A stretch of 64,000 nt of DNA from Antedon mediterranea (GCF_964355755.1 NC_092674.1:9486001-9550000), one strand, 5' to 3'. Shown: positions 1 to 14,501, counted from the stretch's first letter. Program-made: numbers and translations. The notes: a model not told the origin generated them from the sequence alone.

Positions 1-1199
1 TGTGTGATAACCGGTACTGGTGTAATATTAAATATAGATGTTTTTTTAAAAGATTACTATTCGACAGGTTGTTTCTGGAAAATAAAGCTTGTTTGCTGAT
101 ATGAGAAGAGGGAAGGGGTTCCAAACCATAAATCCCCTATGAGCAAAAGTGATGGTAAAAGTAGTAAAGTTTACACACAATTTTAATACAGTATTTGTTA
201 TGTTTTACATACATATGCTCGGGTATTTACTGTATATAGGTCAACAAAATATTTTACATTATAAGCTCTCCCAATTTTATGCAGCATTTACTACAGAACA
301 AATACATTTTTTGTTAGAACTGTGCAAATCTAAACAATAATATATATATAGATCAACAAAAATAATTTAGATCTTATCAATTTATTTTGTATCTGCTTCT
401 ATATTAACTTAGTTAGGAATAACTTTTGTAGTTTATCCATGTACTCAATTTTAATTTAGTATTCTAAATACATATAATCTAGTAATCTGAATACGTTTTG
501 TTGTAAACCAATCACTGTAGATACTGTTGCCTTTGTATTGGATAAATAGCTGAATTAGCAGACTTTCTCCCTCTAGCATTCCGTCAAACCTCTTCCATTA
601 AAAGGGTAATAAATAGCTACTGTGCTATGCTGTATATATGTGCTACCATTAAGTGTCGGAAAACTGGCGTCAATTTTCAATTTAGGAGAATGTCATTCCA
701 ATACTGTTCATGATAATGATCTATTAAGTTTTTGAATACAATTTATTATATGTGCATTTCATGCAAATCAATGAGAAAAGGGGAAAGATATATAGCCTTA
801 CTAAATAAACAACAATGATTAAATATGTTGAAGGATGCTGTAGTATTTATTATAACACACTGACTGTATCCTTACTATTTGATTGGTCAATTTTGTATCA
901 CATGTCGTTCAGTATTTAATTAGGTCTATTGCACATAAAAGTGATATTTAATGGTACTATTGCATGTTTAGCTTTGTATAAACATTTAGATATTTGTGCG
1001 CAACATGAGGCTGCCTGGTGACTGGCTTGCATGTTTGAAAACTAAACCAGTGGGTGCCCTCTGTTCTACTCTACTTGGCCAAATTTGAGCACTGCCTTTT
1101 TTAATGACCTACTGTAGCCCTCCGCCAAACCACTACATTGAATAAAGATGGAAGCAATGGATTAATCGAATAAAGTTTACTTTAAAGTAGTGCGAAAGT

Positions 1200-1345
1200 G
1201 GAGCTGTAGCTTGGTTGTTTAAATGTGCTTGCCTTCCAATCCCAAGGTTCAGGGTTCAATCCTGACCTACTGACATACAGTGCCAAAGTTGTAACTCACA
1301 GCTTTTTCAACTGTACTCCCTAAGCCTAAAATGACACTGTTCATA
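1200..1345 (+). mobile_element. Degenerate tRNA-derived SINE-like fragment
   Basis: tRNA-like head with A-box-like TAGCTTGGTTG (~1207) and B-box GGTTCAATCC (~1253) at tRNA spacing; no clean cloverleaf; extent of the body uncertain. Confidence 0.45.
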
Positions 1346-1844
1346 AGCACAATCAATTATAAAATAGTTTATCCATCCTGCTGTTGGATGCGTATAAAAA
1401 GAAAAACTGTTCTGTTCTATTCAACTTATAAACATTCATTGCTTGTATACTTATTTACTTCATTATTATGTTTATGTTATTATGTTACTAATGAATGTCT
1501 AGTCACCATAACAATATATGACTATAAAAACATCCTGCAATTGAACAGTTACATTTTATGATATTTTCAATAATTAAAAACTTTTGCAAATAAACTGAGT
1601 TCAGTTAATGTAAAATTTGATTAGGGTTTTACTACTGTCTATAAAATAAAACAATATTATGGTATATATAATGATTGATTGATTAGTTAAATTATTATAT
1701 AATTGCAATATTGAACAAGCATGAATGTGCGATACACGGGGTATAGTAAAAGAAGCTGTAATGAAGTCATAAGACGGGATGTGACGTCACATACACATTA
1801 ATAACCTTGCTACTAAATACGGCTATACGGTACCATCTTCAAGA

Positions 1845-2050
1845 CAGCATATGGCTGCATCCGGTTTGAAATTAAAAAATCCGGCTCTGTAGATTTGAGG
1901 ACATGTCCCTGTAGTGTATTCATGCCAAATCCCAGCTCAATACTACAACGAATAAGGAAGGAGTAGTACTTTATAAATTGCACTTTTTACTTAAAAGTGT
2001 CGGATGGAATAGAAGATGAGAGAGTCCTAGACTCGGGTACCCCGAGTAAA
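1845..2050 (-). mobile_element. Possible Helentron/DINE-like non-autonomous fragment
   Basis: On the minus strand it starts with a T-run and hairpin TTTTACTCGGGGTACCCGAGT; the other end is not resolved. Confidence 0.3.
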
Positions 2051-2173
2051 AATATACCAAAAGGCTTATCAACAGTCAGTAGTGTTGCTAAAATTAAATA
2101 TCACACTTGCAAAATACAGTTGTAATTTGAAACAAACATTTTTTAATTGCAGACAAATTTTAACTCACAATAA

Positions 2174-2254
2174 GGCCTGGTTCACACTAGGACATCCTGA
2201 ACTTTTTTTTATCTAGATATAGCTAATAGTTAGTGGCTATGTGTGAACATAGCC
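2174..2254. mobile_element. 81-bp PIF/Harbinger-like MITE
   Basis: Imperfect TIRs GGCCTGGTTCACAC / GTGTGAACATAGCC, flanked by TAA on both sides. Confidence 0.55.
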
Positions 2255-4407
2255 TAAAAGTTGTTTGGTGGTCATTCGTGGTTGTTTTTATCATCCTTTT
2301 TTAAACTGCGATTTTGTTGCAGTTTCTACCATTACTCCACAGAAACTGTTTTACAAACTAAATTGTTTGCAGTTTTGGCTTATTTTGTAAGGTTTTTTAA
2401 ATTCTAAAGAATCAAATAATATAAAGAAAATCCATTCTCTGAAATAACTGTGCATTCTCTTTAGAAACGGGTCTATAGATTTTTCTATTGGAAATTTATA
2501 TTTAGCTAGATGAATGCATTAAATGTAGGGCATGTAAAGTTATGTCTGAGAGATGGTATTGATAACCTGACAAGGACATATGTCTATCAAATGATAAATA
2601 TGCTTTGATATGAACTTTAAAAGCTAGATGTTAACATGTGGATATGATATGATCTCCTACTTTACAAAATCATGTAGAAGATGAATGGAATATGTGATAT
2701 TAATCCAAAAAAAGATTTTTTTGCTTATTTTTAACCTGGTTTTTACTGACGACCAATTCAGGATAGAGGGAACGTAAGAGTGCTTTATAAAATAGCATGG
2801 CGAGAATTATTATTATAGAAAAAAACAAGCCACCAGTAGGGATTGTAAGGTTTGAACCTGACCACTTTTTCACAGAGACAACTTAGACAACTCTGTTGCC
2901 AGCACACAAATTGTTCTCTTTTCTTGCGACCACCTCACCACTTTGCTTCTTGTGGCTACAGCACTGTGTAACCATATATAACTGCTCTCATGGCCAAAAT
3001 ATCAGCACCAAATTTTTTCATGAACAGTCTGGGTTAAATAGGGAGAATATTTTCATTCATTGGAAGCCTGACTGTTACTATTTAACTCATGAAAATGTTG
3101 TTCCCATTCAACACATTGTTTGTATAATAATGGATATGGTATTCTTATGGGAAGTGGAATATAGAAGATATGACGATACTGACAGCCAATCAAATTAATT
3201 GTTTTCTAGCTAGTAGTAATTATCTAGAAATTACACTTAACATTAATTATAGCAGTAATTTTGATTAAAAGTAGCGCTTCACATACTGTGATGAAATGTC
3301 TTTAATTGTTTTTTAAACTTATACTAATTAAAATGTTTAATGTAACTCAGCAAATTGCTTAACATACAATCATTCGTTGTTTTACAGTAGTCATTGACAA
3401 ATAGACATATGGTCAGCCCCAAGAGTAAGAAAGACATCAAATTGTCAATTCCTTTACCTAATTTGTTGAAATGAATATTCCTTATTTAGTTGACTGCACG
3501 TACTGTAAGATGTTGTTAATGTGGGGTTTTGTTTGTTGTTTAATTTTCTGTCCATGACTCACTAATAACCATGTTAATCAACCATGTACATGTCATCATT
3601 AAGAAAAATATTAGAAACTCTAGAAACCAAAGTGTTATTGCTTCGTTATTTACTCCGACAGCGTCTTCAGAATGTAACCGTATTCCTGAAAAGAACGCAG
3701 TACGATAAAAGATTTGCAATCGATTGCATTACATTATGATATCAAGTTACAATCCAATTGTAATATTTAGGGTCGATGGATTCTGTTATGCACTCTGCAA
3801 TCTGTCTGATAATTAGCCGAGAATGTCATATCCCACTTGTTATTCTTGTGTAAATTACAAATATTAATTTCAGAGCTATTAAACGTGTAGTGTTATCAAA
3901 ATAACAAACAATGAATGCAACCAGAACCTATATTGACTTGGCAGTGGTAACTATTAATAATTGATTAATGTTATATGAATCTCGGGTTATTGGCCTTTGT
4001 TCTATGAAATTTATTAATATACCAGCCGACTCTGAATTTTGCCTGTAACAAGTATTTTAAAAATATAAAGTATTCGATTCTCTGTTGTATTTCATACTTA
4101 ATATTCTAAGGTAAGATTCAACCTGAGAGAGAGTTATGTCCGTACCCAGTATTTATGGGTTGTTTTTTCCACAAAACTTGGAGCAAAAAAATATCTTGAG
4201 CTAAGCTAGTTACTGTAGGCCTTCACACCACCATTTCCACTGCTGATCTCTAGTGTTTGAATGGTTGGCCATCAATGGACAATCTAGATATGAAATTTGG
4301 TAAACATTATGAGAGAGATTGTAAACCAAGTTTTAGGAGTATTCAAGCCTTTTATAACCTATGTATAGAGATTGCTAGTTTACTTGTATGTGAATTTTAC
4401 AGCATTA

Positions 4408-4879
4408 GGGAGGTTTCGCAACCATACGAATACGATAACGAAAACTGATCCCCATTTCATATTCGTAAGGCGTATTCCTGTTGACGAATATCACCAGTTA
4501 TATTCGTAACTACAAAACGAGTATAGTTTTTGATCTATTTTGCACATTTTGCATTTGAATTAGGAATGATTCATGATTATAATATAATTATAGATTTATT
4601 GAAAGTAATTTACTAAAGTAATTTACTAAAATGCCAGGTCAATTTAAATAAATAGCAGTTTTTAAAGTCCTCACTCGCTTTGATGTTACGCTAGGCCTAG
4701 GCAGCTGGCCAAGCACCAAGCAACACGTACCTGCGCTTCGCTCAAATTTACCGCAGTCATATTTTAGACGCGTCTCGATATTTCGTTGCCATGCGAAACA
4801 GATTTTTTTATGGCTTACGAATACGTGTGCGTGACGTATCCGTTTTCGTTATCGTATTCGTAAGATTGCGAAACCTCTC
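4408..4879. mobile_element. 472-bp MITE with ~38-bp TIRs and TA flanks
   Basis: Left GGGAGGTTTCGCAACCATACGAATACGATAACGAAAAC matches the reverse complement of right GTTTTCGTTATCGTATTCGTAAGATTGCGAAACCTCTC; TA at 4406-7 and 4880-1; CpG-rich relative to its flanks. Confidence 0.85.
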
Positions 4880-5048
4880 TATTGACATAACATCTACAAC
4901 TGTTGCTGTTTTTATTTACTCTTTCATGAAATCCATGCATTTATTTTTACATTCTTTTGGATACTGATCTAAATGTGTATTCATTTGTTACCTTGGATGT
5001 CAAGTCGTAGGCTTTGCAACTGTTAACACTATGAGCTCGGTAATCTAT

Positions 5049-5708
5049 GGGTATGTTCAGACTCATGGAGTTACGGTGGAGTTATCTACGCAAGGCGTAC
5101 GGTAATCCGTGGCGTTAAAAGCCAAGGTGTTCAGACACAACGACCAACATTCCAATGCCTTGCATTTTTAAACACTCTGATCAGGTCAAAGCAGATAGAA
5201 CTATATGTATACATTCATGACATTACATGAAAGTTTACATCGTTTACATTGTTTTTTTTAAATTTTTATTTATATAATGTTTACTTTCAAATATACTGAT
5301 TTGTTCTTACTACTTGTAGAATTGCATTTTAATTCAAAATAATTTTAAACGTAATTGTTACACGGAAAATTATCTGATTAATTGATTTAATTTATGAATA
5401 TATCATATTACCGACTCCAACTTTACTGTTCTTAAAAATCTGAAACTGAAAATACATTTGACATAGCTATTTCGCTGTCGTATCATAGGGTACGGGTATG
5501 TAGTTGTTGTCTGCTAATCGTGGTTGTGTATTTTCATTGGTTAAGGTTAAAATCACTGATGCATCACTGGATTAGCGTTATGAAATTTACCCTCTCCCGC
5601 TAGCGCGGAGTAACAGCTTCCTAACGCTAATCCGCGGCATGGTTCAGACACAAAAATATGTAGGCGCTTACATAACTCCACCGTAATTCCGTGAGTCTGA
5701 ACATACCC
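5049..5708. mobile_element. 660-bp PIF/Harbinger-like MITE
   Basis: 37-bp TIR GGGTATGTTCAGACTCAYGGARTTACGGTGGAGTTAT; 3-bp direct repeat TAT at 5046-8 and 5709-11; internal GTTCAGACACAA sub-repeats. Confidence 0.9.
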
Positions 5709-5769
5709 TATGTTGTGGTATTTTTACTAGGAGCTAAATAAAGTCCCTGTTGTTGTTGTTTGATGCATA

Positions 5770-6264
5770 TAAACGACACCTAAGCATCAACCCTGCAGAG
5801 GTGATCACAGAGGATCATACAGCCTAAACAACACCTAAGCATCAACCCTGCAGAGGTGATCACAGAGGATCATACAGCATAAACAACACCTAAGCATCAA
5901 CCCTGCAGAGGTGATCACAGAGGATCATACAGCCTAAACGACACCTAAGCATCAACCCTGCAGAGGTGATCACAGAGGATCATACAGCCTAAACGACACC
6001 TAAGCATCAACCCTGCAGAGGTGATCACAGAGGATCATACAGCCTAAACAACACCTAAGCATCAACCCTGCAGAGGTGATCACAGAGGATCATACAGCCT
6101 AAACAACACCTAAGCATCAACCCTGCAGAGTTGATCACAGAGGATCATACAGCCTAAACGACACCTAAGCATCAACCCTGCAGAGGTGATCACAGAGGAT
6201 CATACAGCCTAAACGACACCTAAGCATCAACCCTGCAGAGGTGATCACAGAGGATCATACAGCC
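5770..6264. repeat. Tandem repeat, 9 x 55 bp
   Basis: Unit TAAACRACACCTAAGCATCAACCCTGCAGAGGTGATCACAGAGGATCATACAGCC, near-identical, no spacers. Confidence 0.97.
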
Positions 6265-6393
6265 TAACTTTCAGACTTATATAACCAGTCTTTAGTATAG
6301 AAAAATAAAAACCCTTAGTGTATAATTTGACAGTCAACTTTCTGTTACTACATCCCATTCCGTATCTACAGCCACAATACAATGTTTTGTTAA

Positions 6394-6740
6394 AGATGTA
6401 TTGCCCCCAAAAACATGAAAAATGAAGATTAATTAAATCAGACTTTGAATAGGTTATTTTGTAGTTTTAATAAAGTGAATCACTTCCATAAAAAAAAAAA
6501 CCGGAAAAAAATAATGTTTTCACTTATAAAATAACATGATAAATGGTTAAATGCAACCAAAAATCCATTGGCTGTCAGCCAATTTGACCATTTTTTCCTT
6601 TAAATTCCAGTTTTTTCAGGTAAATACATTTTTTTTCGATCCAATTTTTGATCGAAGTCAATAACTATTATGTAACATTAAAATGGCATATTCAACAAAA
6701 AAAATGTAAAAAACATTATTTTCAGGGGGACAATACATCT
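6394..6740. mobile_element. 347-bp TTAA-flanked MITE (Kolobok-like AG...CT termini)
   Basis: TIR AGATGTATTGCCCCC / GGGGGACAATACATCT; TTAA at 6390-3 and 6741-4. Confidence 0.85.
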
Positions 6741-8437
6741 TTAAACATTATGTCATGTTAAATAGAAGATACAACAGTTTCTCGGTTTCCTCTAGCCTGT
6801 CCCGGTCATGCAACGTTATAATCAATGTTGCAATATGCCACCTATCTATGATTTCATGTACAATTAGGCTATCTACTAATTTCAGTTAGGTGTTTACTAT
6901 GGTACTGATAATAGGAGATAGAGGTTCTGTGTATGCTGCGAAAAAAATAACAAAAACCATGTGAATAAATTAACACCAATTTCTTGCCAGTAGAAACAAG
7001 ACAAATGTTTAATAACCGGTTAAATGGCAGTGTGAAAAATCCCAAACAAGTAATGACTTTAAAATAGCCCAAAGTGTTGCAGCTATGTCTATAGATTTGG
7101 CAATTTAGTGCTTTTTTACTATTAAAATCCAGACATTTTTATGTTGTTTTTATATTTTACTATTGTGCTTAAATTTGAGAAGAATCATAACATCTAAGTA
7201 CTCGTTTTTTATGACATTTTAATGCCTAATTTTATATGCCGGCTGTCTGAAAAGGATTGTTTAAAATGTAAATATTTGGCATGTTCTGTTATTAATACAC
7301 TGTCTGAAGTTCAAGTGCGATGATATGTTCAGTTCTATAGGCTGTGAAGGCCATGTAATACCAGCATAGTAAGTATTAATAGAGGGACAAGGTTCCAATT
7401 GACCAACAGTCAACAGGTCAGAGAACTGTGTTTGGTGTTGTTGAGCAAACAATACGTACTGTGATTTGGCCTAAATATGCTCATTAAACAATTACTAAAC
7501 AACTTAGCACACACAGTTTACGCTTTTTGCAAATTATACCAACATTATTGTTGTTAAGGCGAGAGGGAATTTTTGACTTGGTACTCTGTCTTGTTGGCGT
7601 TTTCTGTCTGGTGGTTGCTACAGTTTGTTTTACTATTTTGGATGAAGCTTGTTCATATAGAACTGATAACCAATTTACGGTAAGAAATTTATCAAGTTTA
7701 TAATATTTCAGCCAATAATTTTGAGAAAAGTTTGTGGCTATGTTTTGCTTAACCAGACTAAAATGTAGTACTGTATAGTCACTCAACTTCATTCTAGAGT
7801 CACCACAGACTGACTTTTTCATCAGTACTTACTTTTTTATGGATATATGTTGTTGACACTCTTTTAACCAAATGCTAGACAGTAAATATTTGAGCCATCA
7901 TAATATAATGTTTGATATAATATTATCTGAATCTAATTTGTGAAATTAAAAGGTTCATTATTTCTTTGTTATTAATTATTATAGCCTTGTTATTTCAATG
8001 CAGTAATACTGTACTGCCTGTATACACACAACATGGTTTAAAATTTACTGTCCTATCCATTTTAAATGAAGGACCAATCTATCAAGCATTCATTATTGTA
8101 TGGATGATGACTGTTACTTGTCTAAAATTACACAAGTCTTTCAGCGCCTCACTTTAATTTCAGAAGACAGAATAATTTATACTTGGCATATGGTATAATG
8201 TATACATATCATTTCAACAGAATTTTGATGAAATAATTTAACTGCCCATTAATGTGTTCAGCAAAAAAATTAAACTGTTTTATGCACATTGAAATAAGCC
8301 GACTGAAGTGATACAAATTAGCATCATAATACTGTAATGTACTATTATGACATTTTTGCCAAAAAATCAAGTTTTAATTTTGCCCAATATTACTTTGTTG
8401 TTATAGTTTAATTGTGAGTGAAACCATATAAGCTTAA

Positions 8438-9070
8438 AGACCCCTTCCCTGCAAATTTGGACGTTTTTTGGAAAATAATACATATATATCACTTTAAAAA
8501 CATTAAACCATGTCATTCCTTGTCTTAAATGTACGTTTTATGGTAAATTATGATAAAAAGTGAGAAACAATGCACTTTACCTAAGTAGCTCGCGGCGATC
8601 GACCTCTCGTGGACGGTCTTAGGCCTAGCCTAGCTAGGCTTAGTTTTGTAGGCCTAGCTGGTAAACATCGGTAACGTACGAACATCGTATGCTAGCTATA
8701 TACAGTACCTAGTCTGACGTTGTATAGTTGCTGCATTAATTGTCTTTCTATTTTTGCCAGACTCCGTTGATACAAATTGGGGAAAACCCGGTATTTTCGC
8801 TGAAAAGTTAGGAGTCTTCCATTTGTTTTGGCCTCACGATCGATCGAAAAGTGAGCGAATTACAGGTGAAAAACAAAAATATCAATCCGCGCGCAATGCA
8901 TTTTGGGATTTATAGCGGGCCGCTATAATTATTAGAATCGACTTATTTTTCACATTTTTAACCGTTTAAAGACAAAAAAAGTTATCGCAATAGGACCATA
9001 TAGTATTATTTTTACATTAAATATAGTTTGTGATCTTAAATTAGATCTAAAAAACGTAGGGAAGGGGGCT
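8438..9070. mobile_element. 633-bp TTAA-flanked MITE (Kolobok-like)
   Basis: TIR AGACCCCTTCCCT / AGGGAAGGGGGCT; TTAA at 8434-7 and 9071-4; CpG-rich core inside CpG-poor flanks. Confidence 0.85.
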
Positions 9071-10962
9071 TTAATAAATCAATATTGCTTATTAATTGTG
9101 GAAAACATTTTGCATTTTACTATTCTGTATGATGCCATCTGTTTCAAAATAGTCTCAGTTATAAGGTGCGAGAAAAATAAACTTTAAAGTAATCCGACAT
9201 TGGATTTGGGTATTTTGTTGAGTGATACAGAGTTTTTATAGTGAGCATTTGTTCTGAACAGAACAATAACAAGTGTTTATGACTATATTTTTAGGCTTAA
9301 GATTTAGTTCAGGAATTTAGTATAGTACTGTCTATTCAGGTTGTTAAATGCACCCTGACAGAGTTATATTGAAAATGTAATAATAATTTACAACTATTTT
9401 GTTAGTAATTCATAATATTTTGTATTTTTTTCATTGATTAGGTTTGTAGCCTGTGGCATATACTTGTGTACATTTAAAAAAAATATTTTTTGATTTCTTA
9501 ATATAATGCACAGAATCAATCTGCACAAAGAAATTGTAAAATGTAAAAAATAAAAAAAATTGTTTAGTTTTTGTGTACCAATTTATTTATAATCTAAATT
9601 TGAAATTATATTTATTTTTACTTTGTTCCATACTTATATAACTATAGTCACCGGAAATAACATAATGTGTTTTTTTGTTGTTGACTGGATTGCATTTTCA
9701 GTAACGCAGTACTGCTTTCCAAAATGTTCCAGTTACAAGTTTAAAAGTAAAGAAAAATTATAACATATAAAAATACAGAAAGATAAAAGCATAGTAGGCC
9801 TAATTTAAAATATATATACAGAACAGTTAAAACAAATTTTCTTTGTATAAAAAGAGTAAAAAAAAAATGTAGCCAATCTTCGCGTATCATCCAACCCATC
9901 ATTTTATCGAATATATTCATATACTGTAGACTTTCTAAATGCTTATTTTCAGTATTCAAATCAGATGATGGTGAAGACTTATTGTAGGTTTGCAATATTG
10001 TTGTATTTCATCATTTTTTTGCATTCAAAGTCATCTTTCCTTAATATTTTTTATTCAGGATAATAGTTAATTCAGCTATAACTACCAGTTTCGGTCAAAA
10101 ATACGGACCTTGTTGAATGAGGTTTTCATTGACAGATTAGTAAACTAGTCTGAAACTAAGTTTGCACTTTGTAGATAGTACTTATTATACTGTTTTAGTT
10201 CCTTGTGTTCATATGATAATACTAACCAATCATTAACATAATACAAGAGGATGATCTCTCTTAATAGATACAAACAATGGTTTTAATTCCACTTTGCTAC
10301 TGTAATTAATATCCGTTAATAAGGTCAATAACCTCTATTAAGATTGTATTTATATCCCTTAGAATAATCAGAGCCTTACTTGGAAGAATTAATTCCGCCA
10401 TGGTACAAATACTCACCATTGTTTTTGAGGGGATTTTCTTGATTATATGATGAGTCATTATATTGTTATTTACAAAATGGAAGTGATGTTTAAGAAACAT
10501 GTACTGTAAAGTAGTAGGATTATTGACTAGACTTGTAAGCTATATTTGGATCTTCGCAAGTAAAACCAAAACCAACTTGATGAACTTCCATTACAATAAA
10601 TGAATGCCTAATAAAAGAAAGAAAAGACAATTTGATATTAAAGGAAATACTTTATTTATTTTTTACATAATTTCACGTATAATATAGATCGTCCCATGAA
10701 TTACAACCCTAATAATGATATCCTAGCAATTTAAGTTTACTGGTGTACACACAATAGGGAGCACATCATACAAAGATGCAGTGTGTATCAATTTCATAAG
10801 TTTTGGTAGGCGATGTGAATAGGGCTGTTAAAGTTATTCTTTAAAGTATAGATAAATAATTAAACAATTAAAATATCATGTAAGAATGAATTTGTTGACA
10901 CGTTTCATATACCCTATACATTTCAGGCTTTGTACTGTGTAGAGCTACATTCAAACTTGTAA

Positions 10963-11093
10963 AGTTCTGTCTACACTATCAAATGAGTTTGACAAAAAAA
11001 GGTGTGATATGCTTAAATATGCTAGTGATATGCTCAAATATGGTAATAGTGATACGGCATTGTCACATAAAGAGTGATAGTATAGACAGAGCT
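10963..11093. mobile_element. MITE family A (Harbinger-like), copy 1
   Basis: TIR consensus AGCTCTGTCTACACTATCAAA; TAA/TTA flanks; homologous to copies at 41.2, 43.2, 45.2, 55.4, 59.6 and 60.9 kb. Confidence 0.8.
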
Positions 11094-12109
11094 TTAGTTT
11101 TCATGGAACGGAAGATGACGCCTGTGGTTAAATAATGAGAAATCATTTAAAAAAATGAAAGGCGCCATCTTCTGTGTGAATGAAGCTTAATTCAGATAGT
11201 TTCAGCTGCCAAACATATTGTCATAATATTTGTTTCCTAATGACATCATCATAAAACTGATTTAGTAGTTAGCAATAACAGACTGCTAGCAAATGTGTAT
11301 ATGAAATATATTGCTTTAAATTTACATATTTATAGTAAACGTATACTTGTGGCAATTTATGTTGCTATTAGTAAAGCCATTTTCAATGAAAGGTAACATA
11401 AATTTATTCAGGTAAAAAAATATCATAATATCAATTCATTTGTAATAACTTACTGCAAGTCTATCTCTATTCAAAGACCTTTTGTGGTAAATTATTTAAA
11501 AAAATACTTGTTTGTTCCAAGGAATATAAAATAATCAGGTGATTCTTTTTGGAAATTAAAAAAAATAGTTCTTCAATTAAGGCTTTTTATTAAAAAAATG
11601 TATAGAAAATGTAGAATATTTTTGGTATACATAAGCCAAAACAGACCAGTTCATGATATCTGCAGTTTTATTTTAACTTTCGCAAATACCTGACAATTTA
11701 TTCAGGCTTCCTACTGATTTACACATTAAAGTTGCAGATTTTGTTACTAATTTTTGTGAAGAAATATGTGTAGACCTACTCATGTATGTCAATATTTGTG
11801 ATGCAATAATATGTAGTCCATAATTAATTACAAGAATGCGTTATATACCCTACCGATTTGTCCACTTTTAAGTTTTGATATGACAAACATCTATTCATTT
11901 CTGTATACATGTATTTGTTATCATTTATTTATTTCTTACAGGTGTTTCCCCATACCACCTGTGATTTTACATGAATATGTAGGCTTGTTTAAACTATAAT
12001 GTACTGCAGCAGAAACTAAAACCAACCATACAAAAATAACTTTATACTTTCTATTATATTATTACTCTTATAATAATTTTACTTATGTTTTTCCATTTCA
12101 TTTTAATAG

Positions 12110-12180
12110 GTGATGACAACCTGGGGTGAAAATCAACTTTAATGTACAATTTCACCATATGTGATGCATTGCACTGTCTG
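12110..12180 (+). other. Candidate non-coding internal exon (71 nt)
   Basis: Pyrimidine-rich tract ending TTTTAATAG before and GTAAGT after; stops in all three frames. Confidence 0.5.
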
Positions 12181-13035
12181 GTAAGTAAATATGCATGCAT
12201 TATAATACACATACAAATACCTTATGGTATGTTGCAAGATGTATCCGGTTATCTTTTTATAGCCAGACATTGATTAATTTTGAAAATTCAGGATTGGAAA
12301 CCCATCATAGTGGATAATGAATTGTCAAGTGTTGTTTGCCTAGTTTGTACATTGTATGTTTATCTGTACTTTGTACTACCTTTGTACTTTGGATTTTATT
12401 GACTATGATTAGTCTGCTACCATGTCAACAAATACAACACATTGTTTCTTTGAAATCATTTGAGAGAAAATTGACTGCAAAAGTTTAAGGATAGAACTAT
12501 GCGTTTAGAATCCAATGGAATATTAAACATAGATATTAAACAGGTTGGTTCTTAACATTTCAATATGATTTATTATTCATGTATTGACTGACTAATCAAA
12601 AAATAAACTAGTTTGACATTTTGATTTGTGTTACTTCTGTTTATGTTTATGACTTTTTTCATCTTTGAAATAAAGATATAAATATGTTTTTTTTGCTTAC
12701 ATTATGAACCATAAATTTGTTTCTGGTGTTCTGTTTTATCATCTAATTGCTGTTAGTTTTAATTTATACAGTTGAATTTAAATTTAGTTTAAAAAAACAT
12801 AATTTATTTATTTACATAGCTTTAGTTATTGTTTACTATTTTAAATTTTAACTTTTTTATTTTGATTTCACAAACACTTTGTTTTTTTATTTTATAGAGT
12901 TTTAATTTAGTTTTTTGCACATTTAGTATTGACCACATTGCTGTTATTCATCTAAAGTTAGAATGTATTGTTAGCATTGCTGTTGTACTGTAGACTGTTT
13001 CCATTGGTATAGAAACATATCTTGTGGAATTTAGA

Positions 13036-13174
13036 GGGTGTCTAGAAAACTCAGATCTAGAAAACTCAGATCTCAGATATATCTGAGTTTTCTAGATCTA
13101 GAAAACTCAGATATCTGACTTTTCTAGACCTAGAAAACTCAGATATATCTGAGATCTGACTTTTCTAGACACCC
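13036..13174. mobile_element. 139-bp foldback/palindromic mini-element (Mutator-like)
   Basis: GGGTGTCTAGAAAACTCAGATC ... GATCTGACTTTTCTAGACACCC built from repeated CTAGAAAACTCAGAT modules in both orientations; flanks GAATTTAGA / ACATTTAGA resemble a decayed 9-bp TSD; related fragment at ~41930-41990. Confidence 0.75.
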
Positions 13175-14501
13175 ACATTTAGAGCCCAATAATGACATAT
13201 TATATATGAGAATAAATTAAAATAAACATAGACATACATTCTTGATGGTACTATAAGTGAAGATCTAAAAATATTATGTCAATTGAATATTTATTTTTTG
13301 GTACTTGGGTGCAATAGGCTCCGTGTAAAGTTCAATAATGACAAATCATTGCAATCAGAATTCAAATATTGTATTGTTATTTGTTGCGATTTATTTCCAC
13401 TGTGATTTGGAGTGTTGATAATAAAGATGTACAGCCCAATCACAAGAGGAAACAATTCTGATATATATTAGATATTGCTGAACTTTCACATACAGTACAT
13501 TACAAATGTATGTGATGTAAGTGTCACAATTGCTATAATTGTGATACTCATGTGAATAGGGTACTGTATAAAACAGAGGCAGCTTTCAGTAGAGTTCTTA
13601 AATCCAGAACTAAAATAGTTCAAGTACAATATTTTCTTCCCTAGACCATGTTTGTCTTTGGAACACACTACCCCAAAAGAGGATTTAGGGTCAACATCAG
13701 TAAAGTGATTCTAGAATTGTATCTCTGATGTCAATTAGAAGTCTTGTATTATATTTAACGAACAGCAGACAAATGTTGAAAGCATAAGAAATAAATAAAA
13801 CATATGGAAAACAAAAACTGAAGCTCAGCTGCAAAAATGTAACCAAATCCCATGTATGAATACTCTAATGAGGTTTTGTACCTGAGTGAAGGAAACTGAT
13901 GACGATATTATTAAGCCTTTGTGCTTCTTTTAATGAGAAATTGTATGTTATGTGGTGGTAAATAAAGTTCATCAGGACATCATTATTGGATTAACTGAGG
14001 TGAGATGGGTTGCAGCAGTGCCTCATAATTATCTCAACACCTATCAGCTGATCATCTTGAAACTCACAACCTAAACCTTGTGAATGACTTTTATTATTGT
14101 ATCAACAACTAAAGGTATCACTATCAATGTGTTAGAGAAGTGTCATGGTTAGCGGACCAACTTTATTGAAGACGAATGTAACTTAAGATATTTAGAAGAA
14201 GAAGATCGTCATCGTTTTGAAAATGTAGCAATGAAATGGAGAAAAAGATTGTAGAAATGTATAGGAGTTAGAATATAGAAGAAGGAATAAACAATGACAA
14301 ATATAAGTGAAGAGATTTAGAAGAAGTTCATCATCATCCTCTTGAAAATTTCCTAATGATACAGGTTCACTTTAAAAACTAATAAATAATAACTGGCCAC
14401 ATCAAAGGAAATGCAGAAAACAAGTAGGATTAGAAGAAGAAAGAAAAAGGGAGGTTTATTTTTTCTCCATGAAAGAAACATGGCATCTGGGTTAGTATAC
14501 A

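Noticed and set aside
1200-1270. Functional tRNA gene
   Set aside because: A/B boxes present but stems do not pair properly; better explained as a SINE head. A weaker similar case lies on the minus strand at ~2840-2903.
5770-6264. Regular repeats as a CRISPR array (also 25620-25936, 21554-21867)
   Set aside because: Units are contiguous with no unique spacers, there are no cas genes, and the context is eukaryotic.
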